A stretch of DNA of 64,000 bases from Candidatus Latescibacterota bacterium. Lineage in GTDB: Bacteria > Latescibacterota > UBA2968. This document shows positions 21,770 through 31,207 of the stretch, piece after piece. The notes below the pieces were generated by a model. It was not told the origin of the DNA and did no database searches. It was given only the letters and a program-made list of their open reading frames with translations. Position 1 is the stretch's first letter, and the number at the start of each line of letters is the position of its first letter. The position numbers were made by a program, and so were the translations under genes. The DNA is taken from positions 8,362,056 to 8,426,055 of the forward strand of contig OZ240241.1 of the NCBI GenBank assembly GCA_965198115.1, written 5' to 3'.

Positions 21770-22523
21770 TCACCGCTTCCGCTTGCTATTCTTTCGCCGC
21801 TGGCGCTCTTGCTGCTTCAACATCCGCTTGGGCATGACGCTACTTTCGGGAAATCGGATTCCGTTTGTCCCCGCGAGTTTGATCATCTCCCGTAGCTCCA
21901 TCTCGAACTGCGTAGACGACAGATGAGGTCGAAGCACCGTCAGTTTCGGGCCGTGGCAGTCCCGCAGCTTGCGCCCTCCACCACACGGGCACGCCATCAA
22001 AGGTGGGGAAAAATTATCCGCCAAACACTTGAGTAACTTCATCGCCTCGATTAGAGGGACCTTAAAGAACTCCACGTAGTACTGTTGTAAACCCGCTTCC
22101 CCATGCAAAAGCTCGCCGAAGGGTAGTTTTCCGTAGTTTCTCTTGTAGCTGTAGGCAAAGAGATAGGGAATGACTTGATCGTTGATGAAGCGGAGGAGGT
22201 TCTTATGCTCGGCGAATTGTCGGCGGACCTCGACCGGAGCTCCAAGGCAGAAGTTGCCATCTGCCATAAAGTGGCCAAAATCTTTTGGAATCTTGCTTTC
22301 TGTCTCGTAAACGAAAGGCGGTGAAGCGGGATAATCGTTGGGAATCTTGAACTCCAGGTTGTAATAATCTTCAATCCTGAGGGAGTCGTGCTCCATCGAG
22401 AAGCCGACACCTCCCAGTATCCGGAGCGCACCGGAGGGATCACGAAGTAGCTCTAGGGTGGGATGCCCGAGCTTGCACTTCCGTCATCTGGTCGATCACA
22501 AGCTGTTCTACTCCTTCATCCAC
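21770..22523 (-). pseudogene. Prokaryotic E2 (ubiquitin-conjugating-like) protein with a C-terminal SEC-C motif; one-base frameshift near 22467
   Basis: IPNDYPASPP.VYE, GHFMADGNFCLG (H..G..C), ELLHG..G, CPCGGGRKLRDCHG; GTG start overlaps the CD-NTase stop. Confidence 0.75.
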
Positions 22524-23401
22524 AGGAGTCAGGGGCCCATGGCTTACTTGGCCGCGACGGTAGCTCAATTTTGGGCGTTGTAGGTTGCTCGGACTTACGC
22601 GGTACAAGCACTAATGGTGCAGCGGAGTACTTCAACATCGCTGCCTCCGCGTCACGTCTACCATAGGCCTTGCGTAGGTAGTCCCCGACCTTCTCGAATC
22701 CTTGCTCGGTTAGGAGTTCTTTGTACTCCCGCTCGAGCACGTGGAGCCACCTGAAGAGCATCTCTGCCTTGCGCGGTTTTTCGGCCCACTTGTCGGCAAA
22801 ATTCTCCTCCGGATTCACGGGATTCGGCACCCACCAGGAAGCGCCGTCGCGCTTCTCGATGTAATCGCGCATGCGTGGTATTACGTCCAGCACAGCTTCC
22901 GTGAGGTCGGATTCGTTGTTGTAAGCCTGTGCTGCGAGCGTGGTGATGATGATCGAGATGGGCTTATCTTCATCGTCGTTGAAGCGCACGTCTCGGTGGC
23001 GTTTGAGGATCTGGATAAGCCGTTGGAGCGGGGTGCGAACGTCGAAGTCTTCAATTTCTTCTACTTCCGCTCGTATCTCCATCGCGTGTAATTGCTTGGC
23101 CTTCTCGAGGCTCACACGCATACGGTCCTTGAACCAGGCGACGTACCCCTTAGGGTTGCTTCGAGGCCACTCTGCGTTGGGGTCGCCCCATGTCTTGCGG
23201 TCGGTCAGACAGATGGCGGTTTCCGCCCACTCCATAGGCACGCCGAGCGCAACAAGCACACCATAGTCATCCGGGATTGCCGGGAGCACATCCAGATGGA
23301 ACTTTGACGCGTCGGCGTACCTAATTGTCCAGCAGCGGAGACCGCCGGCCGGTGGCTCGATCATGTCCTTATACCGGCTCTGCGGATGCTTGAGACGATC
23401 G

Positions 23402-24775
23402 GAGCTATAATCAAAAGGTGTGGAAAAAGAGAAAGGGCGACCCTACCCTTCCCGTGAGATAGTTGATTCACACAAAACCGGGTGAGAGGCCCGGTTGGGA
23501 AGGAGGATCGCCGTGAAGGAACATACGCATAGAGCCCCATTGAAGTCCATGCCGACGTGGGAGACGGTTGACGATTGGATCCGTGAAGAGATCCAGGGCC
23601 GGTTCCAGTCCATTCTGGAGGAGGAGGCGACCGCGTTCTTGGGCCGGTCGTGGTATGAGCGCCGAGCCGAGGTCGATAGCTCCAGGGGCTACAGGAACGG
23701 CTACGGCAAGCCCCGGCGTCTCTCGACGAGCTGCGGAACGATCAAGGTCCGGCGTCCCCGGGTTCGTGGTCTGGAAGAGCGGTTTGAAAGCCGCATCCTC
23801 CCCCTGTTCGCCCGGAGAACCAGGGCCATTGGAGATCTGCTTCCCGACCTTTATCTCCACGGTCTCTCCCAGGGCGACTTCGAGTTGTCTTTGCGTGCGC
23901 TGCTCGGTGATGGCGCGCCGCTTTCGCCGACCTCGATCGCTCGTCTTCGAGGGAAGTGGGAGGTCGACTTCCAGGACTGGAAAGAAAGGCGTCTGGATAA
24001 TCGCGAACTGGTCTACGCCTGGGCTGATGGCATCTACGTCAAAGCCGGGCTCGAGCGCGAGAAGGCGTGTCTGCTGGTCGTGATCGGCGCGATGAGCGAC
24101 GGCAGCAAGGAGATCCTGGCGATAGAACCCGGTTATCGAGAGTCTACAGAATCCTGGCTCACGGTGCTACGGGATCTCCGGGATCGCGGGCTCGAACATC
24201 CTGTCCTGATCGCCGCGGACGGGAATATGGGCATCTGGGCGGCCGTTGATCAGGTCTGGCCAGAGAGCCGGCAACAACGGTGCTGGAACCACAAGATCCT
24301 CAACGTGCTCGACAAGGTCGCCAAGCGTGCACAGGCTGAAGCCCGCGCACTGCTCGTCCAGATCCCCTATGCCGGCACGAAAAAGGAGGCCGAGAAGCTC
24401 CGGAAACGCTTTGCCGCACGGTATCGCTCACAGTTCCCTGCCGCCGTGGAGACGCTCGAAAGAGACTGGGATCGGATGGTCACGTTCTACGACTTCCCGA
24501 AGGAACACTGGAAACACCTGAGAACCACGAACGTCGTCGAGAGCCCCTTTGCTTCCGTTCGGCTTCGCACAAACGCCGCCAGGCGATTCAAGAAAGTCAG
24601 GAACGCCACGACTCTCATCTGGCGTACGCTCAAGGTCGCAGAGAGCCGATTCAGGAAACTCACCGCGCCACACTTGCTACAACAAGTCTACGATCAGAAA
24701 CACTCAACCGGACCGCAGGTCGAAACCGGGAAGATGGCCGCCTGATTTCTTTTACACACCTATTGACCTGAGCTC
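23402..24775 (+). mobile_element. IS256-family element (distinct from 9484-10774)
   Basis: IRs GAGCTATAATCAAAAGGTGTG / rc GAGCTCAGGTCAATAGGTGTG; 8-bp TSD GACGATCG at 23394-23401 and 24776-24783. Confidence 0.92.
23513..24745 (+). CDS. IS256-family transposase
   Basis: GYRNGY, WADGIY, ADG..G.W, QRCWNHK, RTTNVVES; AGGAGG RBS. Confidence 0.93.
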   Translation: MKEHTHRAPLKSMPTWETVDDWIREEIQGRFQSILEEEATAFLGRSWYERRAEVDSSRGYRNGYGKPRRLSTSCGTIKVRRPRVRGLEERFESRILPLFARRTRAIGDLLPDLYLHGLSQGDFELSLRALLGDGAPLSPTSIARLRGKWEVDFQDWKERRLDNRELVYAWADGIYVKAGLEREKACLLVVIGAMSDGSKEILAIEPGYRESTESWLTVLRDLRDRGLEHPVLIAADGNMGIWAAVDQVWPESRQQRCWNHKILNVLDKVAKRAQAEARALLVQIPYAGTKKEAEKLRKRFAARYRSQFPAAVETLERDWDRMVTFYDFPKEHWKHLRTTNVVESPFASVRLRTNAARRFKKVRNATTLIWRTLKVAESRFRKLTAPHLLQQVYDQKHSTGPQVETGKMAA

Positions 24776-25055
24776 GACGATCGCCTACTAAATTCTTCAG
24801 CTTCTTTTGCGTGACTTGGTTAGGTGCGAGTTGCAGCAGACAGACTGTGTCCACGTCATACTCTTCGTCGCCGAGAGGCTTTACTGCGGTACCCAGTGCA
24901 AACGAACCCTGTGGTATATGGACAATTGGTAGCGGGCTAGCTCCGAGCCATCTAGCCACGCGCCGACAGCCTCGTAGTGCTCTGTGGCTTCGCGATATTT
25001 GGATGGAGGAATATCGAGTTCTTCTGCAAGATTCTGGAGAATTCGGTTCAGGCGT

Positions 25056-25440
25056 TTACGGCCAATGTGTTCGTTCAATTCGTACTCCCTTCAAGCGATA
25101 GAAACGCTGCGATTTGGCTGCGTTGTGCGTGAAAACGTGATCCGCTTTGGCGATCCAGTCGTGTTTTTTTTCAGTTGAATCCATGGAAAGCGACTGATCC
25201 GACTCAAACGTCAGTCGTAAAACTTTCGGTTCGAGCGGACTCTCGCCCAACAGCAAGCAGAGCATGTTGTGTGCGTTGTTAGATTGGAGATTGAAGATCA
25301 GATCGATGAACTTGCTGCCCCGCCATCGGGTTGCGAATCCCCATCCCTGCCAGCTGTAAACGAGCCGGTCTTTCCACTTGCCTTTGCTCCGAGGGTAGAA
25401 CGTGGTGGTTTTCCCCGTCCCAATGGCCAGTGACCCGGCA
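25056..25440 (-). pseudogene. C-terminal fragment of a patatin-like phospholipase (CapV-like CBASS effector)
   Basis: LAIGTG...WG....W....IDLIFNLQS...H..L..LLG pattern; overlaps the CD-NTase start; catalytic N-terminus (GGG.RG, GxSxG) absent. Confidence 0.6.
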
Positions 25441-25534
25441 AGGCCGGGGCGACTCTCAGTCGATGGCGGTATTGGAACTCGCAAGGATCGAGGGGGAGGC
25501 GGACGGAGACACGGTCACAGACTGGACACCCTGA

Positions 25535-26110
25535 ATGCGATCACATCACACGACGAGAGATAAATGGCTACTCAGACCATTGACAAGTGGAGATAGATCG
25601 ATGATCGACCCCGAGTTTCAACTGCAACTCGAAATTTCAATGATGGCTGCCTGCTCTGAGGGGATTGAGCCCCGCGAAATAGGAGTGTGGGGGTCGAACA
25701 GCCAAGAGGCGTTGATTTTTGTGGAGGATTTCCGCAACGAACTCGATGATGATTGGCCCGGGGAATCAGGCTATGAGGAATATGCGCTCGCCCTGGCCCG
25801 CACCAGACTTGACGAGATTGACCGGAGTTCGCTCTCCTCTGCGTGGAAAGAAATCGCACGAGAGGCCGTGATGGTCACCTTGTTTTGTAGAACAAGCGAC
25901 CTCTATATCTATGCCGGTCTGCCTCCAGCGGTTCTATTGAACAGATTGGGCGGCAGGACCGCCGGAGCCATTTGGATCCTCTGTGAGTCTCTACTGCTCA
26001 TGAACCCTCTGGAAGCACGGGCGCATATACAGAAGTGGCTTACCGAAATTCCGGTGGCCCCTGGGTTCTCTCACGAGGATGAAACCAATCAAGGCAGAGC
26101 CGGGACCTAA
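25535..26110 (+). CDS. Hypothetical protein
   Basis: Open 191-codon frame with protein-like composition; no motif recognised; start may be ATG 25601. Confidence 0.5.
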   Translation: MRSHHTTRDKWLLRPLTSGDRSMIDPEFQLQLEISMMAACSEGIEPREIGVWGSNSQEALIFVEDFRNELDDDWPGESGYEEYALALARTRLDEIDRSSLSSAWKEIAREAVMVTLFCRTSDLYIYAGLPPAVLLNRLGGRTAGAIWILCESLLLMNPLEARAHIQKWLTEIPVAPGFSHEDETNQGRAGT

Positions 26111-26136
26111 ATGCAGATTTTCATAATGGTGAGAAT

Positions 26137-26532
26137 GTGAAACAGCCAGAGAAGGACGTGGGTGTTGCTCGATCTAACCCTGAAGAAGGGCCGGATAGGG
26201 ATGAACTTGGTCGGATCTTGCCAGGGCGTCGACCGGTGGGAAGAGCTGCAGGAACTCCCAACAAGATCAGCGCTGTGCGGGCCGAGTTCCTCAGGGTTTA
26301 CCATGAGAACAACGGTTACGAGCGTTTGGTGGAGTTGTTGGAGGAGGACAAGCCGACCTTCTTCAGGTTGTTTGTGGCGATGGTTCCGAAGCTGAAGATT
26401 CAGGAAACTCGTGACACGAGCGGGTTGGACATATCCGAAATATCCACCGACGAGCTCCTGGCGGCCCTGGGGCTCACGTGCATAGAAGAGGCTGAGGTAG
26501 AGGGTACAGGCGGGGGAAGTGGAGAGCAGTGA
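26137..26532 (+). CDS. Phage small-terminase-like / DUF5681-like protein
   Basis: RDELGRILPG...GR..GTPNK...FL.....G...L..L...D..F..L...VPK...DISEISTDELL pattern. Confidence 0.55.
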   Translation: MKQPEKDVGVARSNPEEGPDRDELGRILPGRRPVGRAAGTPNKISAVRAEFLRVYHENNGYERLVELLEEDKPTFFRLFVAMVPKLKIQETRDTSGLDISEISTDELLAALGLTCIEEAEVEGTGGGSGEQ

Positions 26533-26634
26533 GGTGATCGCCGTGGGATCAGTGGGGGCACACTCCGACTTTCGCCGGAGTCTTGCTGGCCTGGCGGCGT
26601 TCAGATGGCGTCTATAGGCTACGTGGTAACAGCC

Positions 26635-27219
26635 TCAAGCGTATTTTTGAACCGTTCCCCTCGGCACGTTCAGTTCCTTCGCGATCTCACCCAGACTCAT
26701 CTTCTTGTCCCGTCGGAGTGTCCTGATTCTCGAGACGGTCTTTTCCGGAACCCGTGGTCTGCCCAGCTTCTTTCCCTCGGCCTTTGCCTTGGCAAGACCG
26801 CTGCGGATCCGCTCTCTGATGATCTCCCGCTCGAACTCGGAGATGGCGCTGATGATTGTGAACATGGCCTTGCCCATCGGGCTGCTCGTGTCGATCTGCT
26901 CGTGCAGGCTGATGAAGTCCACGCCCAGGTGATTAAACTCCTCCAGGGCATCGACCAACTGCTTTGTTGACCTGGCGAACCGATCGAATCGATACACGAG
27001 GATCGTATCGACCTTGCGGCCTCGTACCAGGGTCCACAGACGGTCCAATTCGGGACGACGGTCTTTGGACCCGCTCTCTGTATCGACAAGCTCGTCTACG
27101 ACCTCCAGACCCCCCTGATGAGCGTATTCTCTAAGCTCCCTCACCTGCATCCCCACATCCTGACCGGTCGTTGAAACACGCGCGTAGATGGCTACACGGG
27201 CGTTCTTCCTCGGTGCCAT
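26635..27219 (-). CDS. Small serine recombinase (resolvase/invertase)
   Basis: YARVST, RPEL, DRFARS, EFEREIIRER..GL..AK..G..LGRP, C-terminal HTH. Confidence 0.93.
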   Translation of the reverse strand: MAPRKNARVAIYARVSTTGQDVGMQVRELREYAHQGGLEVVDELVDTESGSKDRRPELDRLWTLVRGRKVDTILVYRFDRFARSTKQLVDALEEFNHLGVDFISLHEQIDTSSPMGKAMFTIISAISEFEREIIRERIRSGLAKAKAEGKKLGRPRVPEKTVSRIRTLRRDKKMSLGEIAKELNVPRGTVQKYA

Positions 27220-27514
27220 GTGACCCTCCTGAAGGTATATGTAAAACAGTAGTTAAAGAAACAAGTAGTAAGAACGACGACGACTGTGAATAAACCAGGC
27301 CAGCTTGATCTTGATCAGTTCCCGCAGAGCGTGGGGCGTGCGTACGTGTCCCCACTTTAGCACCGAGAGGTCCGGTTGCAATGCCGATGTGTCATATTCC
27401 TCTGCACTGGGCCACGGTGCGATCGCTTTTTCCGTGAGCCTGCCGTCGAACTCGACCCAACCGATGCCGTGGTCCACTCCATCGAGCCGCCGCCGAATCA
27501 GCTTTGATGTGAGG

Positions 27515-27640
27515 CTAATGATCCGAGCACGCGCACCAGATAGGCGCGGCCACGCGGCGGGCGGCCCGGGCATCGGCCGTGAGCCAGACGCCATCCGACA
27601 GCGCGGCTAACGCCACGTACACCGCGTCGTCCAGGAGCTG
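27515..27640 (-). pseudogene. PIN-domain (VapC-like) C-terminal fragment
   Basis: DAVYVALAAL...WLTADARAARR. Confidence 0.5.
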
Positions 27641-28740
27641 GTCGAAACGGTAGCCCAGGCCCACGCCGGCCTGTCCGAGGTCGCCTTCAAGTTGCGGCGG
27701 GCGCTGACGCCGAAAGGCCCTGCGCTGAAGGCAGCGATCAAGGCCGAGCATGAAACCTTTCGTCTCAAGCGCGAGCTCGGGCGGCTCGATATCGAGGACC
27801 CTGAACCCGCCCAAGGGCGCGAGTCATTGCCCGAGGTTCACCGGGGAAAGTGATCGACGTGGACCGGCTACGGCGGCAGAAGGTTCGACACGACGAGCCG
27901 TGAACACGTGTCCCGCGAGCGGGACGAAACCCCAGGTGTTCCGGGTCCAACCTGAAGGATTGGAAGGGGTATGAGGCCAACCTCTGACGGTTTCCTTCCT
28001 GGGAGGGCTGGGTTGGTTCCGCGCCGGAGCGATGGCGGGCGTCCAAGTCAAAAGGGGAGGAAGCAGTCTGTGCCACTGAGATCTCCATACAAGCCTTTTA
28101 AGGAGGCTTTGAGGTTAAAAGTAGTATAAGGGGGTCCCTTTCGGGGCGAAAAGAGCTTAAAAGGGGCGTATGAGAGCCTGGGGGATGCATGAACTATATT
28201 TGAAACTGGGGAGGATGCGGGGGCTGGTCTTGATTCAGGTCGATGTCGTAGAAGTGATTGAGATGTTGAACGTAGCCGAAATCTTCGACGGGGTTGGATC
28301 ATGCCTCGCGCCCGCGATGCGCTCCTGCCCGCTGCCACTTGGTGACGCCTATCTTGTGGATCGCGGTGCTCTGAGTAGATCGTGCCACTCGTCTCGTCGC
28401 CGTCGGCGGCTTGGTCGGCAAAGAGCGGGCCGGCGGTTGCCTCGGTGATCCGTCGACCCGCCTCGTCTTTGTGGAGCGCACGCTGAAGCGAGCGCCTGAG
28501 CAGGACATGTTGTGTCGAGCAGATGTATTCTTTAGAACTGCTTGGCTGGACCGGCCAGGACGCGGAATGGATCGCGCTCGTGTGCCTTCACAGCGGCGTC
28601 TTCACGCGGGCGCAGTTCTGTCATTACTTTGATACTCAGCGAATGACAGCGGCGCGATTCGTGAAGACCTTGATCGAGCGTCGGGAGGCCGTCGAAACCG
28701 ATGTAATTGCCTTTAACGGGGAAGGGAAGACGTGCCGGAT

Positions 28741-28878
28741 TATCTTCCAGTTCATCGAAGGATGGTACAACCCCCACCGACGTCACAAAGGCACCGGACA
28801 GAAATCACCCATCGAAAAGCTTCATCACCTACAACACGACCCAAGCCTGGAACTGTCCACTGGACCGGGGTAACTCCA
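28741..28878 (+). mobile_element. IS3-family right-end relic
   Basis: IFQFIEGWYNPHRRH...KSP followed by the IR CTGTCCACTGGACCGGGGTAACTCCA. Confidence 0.7.
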
Positions 28879-28904
28879 TACATCCCAAGCCCAAAGAGCT
28901 CCTG

Positions 28905-29684
28905 ATGCCTCAGCGGCCAACAAGCATACTTACGACACTTGCCGTCTCCCTACTGGCCTTGACGCTAATCGCGCCTTGGGCGCTCGGGCAGGACCCGGAC
29001 CCGATCACGGAAATCCGCCGCCTCGCCGAGCAGGGGGACGTTGATGCCCAATTCACCCTCGGGTTCAAGTACGCCAACGGCGAGGGCGTGCCGGAAAACG
29101 ATGCCGAAGCCGTGCGTTGGTACCGTCTGGCCGCCGACCAGGGTAACGCCGGTGCCCAAAACAACCTCGGTCTCATGTACGCCAACGGGCGGGGCGTGCC
29201 GGAAAACGATGCCGAAGCGGTGCGTTGGTACCGTCTGGCCGCCGACCAGGGTAACGCCGGTGCCCAAAACAACCTCGGTCTCATGTACGCCAACGGGCGG
29301 GGCGTGCCGGAAAACGATGCCGAAGCGGTGCGTTGGTACCGTCTGGCCGCCGACCAGGGTAACGCCAGGGGCCAATACAGCCTTGGTTCCATGCTCGCCC
29401 AAGGTCAGGGCGTGCCGGAAAACGGTGCCGAAGCCGCGAAATGGTTCCGGCTCGCCGCCGAGCAGGGGGACGCCATGGGCCAATACGCCCTCGGGTTCAT
29501 GTACGCCAACGGCGAGGGGTTACCGGATGATTACGTGCTCGCCTATGCCTGGTACAACCTTGCCGCCGCGCAAGGAAACGAGGTGGCTAGGAAGAACAAA
29601 GACAATCTCCGGACGCGCATGACCCCCGACCAAATCGCGCGGGCGCAAGAACTAAGCGCGACTCTTTTCGACCGCATCAACTAG
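28905..29684 (+). CDS. Secreted Sel1-like repeat (SLR/TPR) protein
   Basis: Signal peptide followed by about five 36-aa repeats AQ.NLG.MY.NG.GVP.N..EA..WY..AA.QG. Confidence 0.93.
   Translation: MPQRPTSILTTLAVSLLALTLIAPWALGQDPDPITEIRRLAEQGDVDAQFTLGFKYANGEGVPENDAEAVRWYRLAADQGNAGAQNNLGLMYANGRGVPENDAEAVRWYRLAADQGNAGAQNNLGLMYANGRGVPENDAEAVRWYRLAADQGNARGQYSLGSMLAQGQGVPENGAEAAKWFRLAAEQGDAMGQYALGFMYANGEGLPDDYVLAYAWYNLAAAQGNEVARKNKDNLRTRMTPDQIARAQELSATLFDRIN
29070..29393 (+). repeat. Three tandem near-identical 108-bp units encoding Sel1 repeats
   Basis: Units start at 29070, 29178 and 29286 (TACGCCAACGG...). Confidence 0.92.
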
Positions 29685-29812
29685 CACTCGGGCTACCGGG
29701 GAGGTGAACGTTTCATGGACGGGGACATTGAAGAAATCGAGCAATTCCTGAACCAGATTGAGCTGTTGGTGCAGAGCCGGTCACCCCTGGGCCGAAGACA
29801 GCCGAAGCCGCA

Positions 29813-30130
29813 TCAGCGGAGGTCATCCTGTCCGACGCTCCCGATCTCACTTTCAAGCTCCAATATGTGGGCTTCAATCAAGTGTCGTAACTCAGCGACC
29901 ATCTGGCGGTTGGTTGCGCTACACGCTGTCTTGAAACGCCGATGGACGGAGACCGGAACATCTACGCTGAGCCGTTTTGTCGGCTCAGTGGTTTTCTCCT
30001 GCTTGATGTTCTTGCGGGGAGGTTCTTCAAGGGCCGGGCCATGGCCTGGACCCGCTTTTTCAAAGGACTCCAGGGCGTCATCGATAAGCATTTTTGGTTT
30101 CGGAACGCTCTGAAATGATTTCTTGCTCAT
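29813..30130 (-). CDS. ParG-like ribbon-helix-helix partition protein
   Basis: KRLSVDVPVSVHRRFKTACS; overlaps the 3' end of parA. Confidence 0.7.
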   Translation of the reverse strand: MSKKSFQSVPKPKMLIDDALESFEKAGPGHGPALEEPPRKNIKQEKTTEPTKRLSVDVPVSVHRRFKTACSATNRQMVAELRHLIEAHILELESEIGSVGQDDLR

Positions 30131-30743
30131 AGCTTAGAATCTCCTTTGTCAGCTTCTCAATATCGCTCGCGGCAGGGCTTTCCGGTGCCCATTCAAAAAT
30201 CATTTTGCCCATCGTCAGACTCTCGGCATAGGCGACTCGCTGGGCGATTTCGTTTGCCAGGATCGGGATGCCCATCGCGGCAGCCATCGAGCGGATCTCG
30301 CGACCGATAACCGTGTTCCCTATTTTGCGTGAAACCACAAAACAACATTTGATGATTTTGAGTTCCTGTGCTTCCTGGACCTGACGGACGGTGAGATCGC
30401 TGGCCCAAGTAGACAGGCCGCTTGGTTCGATGGGCACGAGGACAAGGTCAGACGCCACAATGCACGAGCGAGCAATGGATTCAGCGTGTGGCGGGCCATC
30501 AATCACGGTGTAGGTGTGGTCGGCTGCCAGTTTCAGCGCATCCCGCGCCATGTTTTCGCGGGCGAGTGAGATCACCTTGAAATCGGTATGCTCGCGCAAG
30601 CTCGCCCAAGCAGAGGCGGACCCTTGCTTGTCGGCGTCGATCAAAAGGACATTGTGCCCGTTACGGGCCAACCCAGCGGCGACATTCACTGCCAGCGTGG
30701 TTTTCCCGACACCACCCTTCTGATTGAGAAAAGAAATAACCAC
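30078..30743 (-). CDS. parA: ParA/ParF-type plasmid partition ATPase
   Basis: NQKGGVGKTT, LIDADKQGS, VIDGPP. Confidence 0.92.
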   Translation of the reverse strand: MVISFLNQKGGVGKTTLAVNVAAGLARNGHNVLLIDADKQGSASAWASLREHTDFKVISLARENMARDALKLAADHTYTVIDGPPHAESIARSCIVASDLVLVPIEPSGLSTWASDLTVRQVQEAQELKIIKCCFVVSRKIGNTVIGREIRSMAAAMGIPILANEIAQRVAYAESLTMGKMIFEWAPESPAASDIEKLTKEILSYEQEIISERSETKNAYR

Positions 30744-31207
30744 AAAACCACATTACCGTGTTTCCCCTGGCCAAAACAGACCTCGACATCGGGCTGGCCA
30801 GGAACCCCCGTATCGCCCACCTCTCTTTGGTTGGGCGACGTAGAGGGGGCGCGACTTGGCGTACCGTCTGGTCGATGCTGTTCACCGCTCTCTATTGGAG
30901 GGCCTCAGTCACGGGTCTCGTCGTTAGATGTAGGGATGAGGTCATCCACGGCAACCCTAAGAGCATCGGCCAGCTTGCGCAGAGTGTGAACCGATCCGCT
31001 GTTACGGCCCGCCTCGATCTCGACGATCTGCACTCGGTTGACGCCAGCGGTGCGGGCGAGGGCCGCCTGAGATAAATCACGGAACTCACGCCAGACTCGC
31101 AAGGGAGGGTCTCCGTCGATGAGACGTTCAACCACGCTGGCCGGAACAAGCTCTTCCTCGCCGCTGGTGATCCGGGCCTCAATGGTTAGCGCTGTCTGAA
31201 TATCTGC

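Larger units (their letters stand above)
22516..25078 (-). pseudogene. CD-NTase (cGAS/DncV-like, SMODS) nucleotidyltransferase split by IS256 and frameshifted near 24912
   Basis: ELDIP...A..HY.AVG.WL, PQGSFALGT.VKP...EYDVD.VC, RCWTIRY, FHLDVLPAIP, SNPKGY..WF, TPLQR.IQILKRHRD, PISIIITTLAA, NPVNPEENFADKW. Confidence 0.92.

Noticed and set aside
29070-29393. Regular repeats as a CRISPR array
   Set aside because: The units are contiguous 108-bp in-frame coding repeats with no unique spacers, and no cas genes are present.
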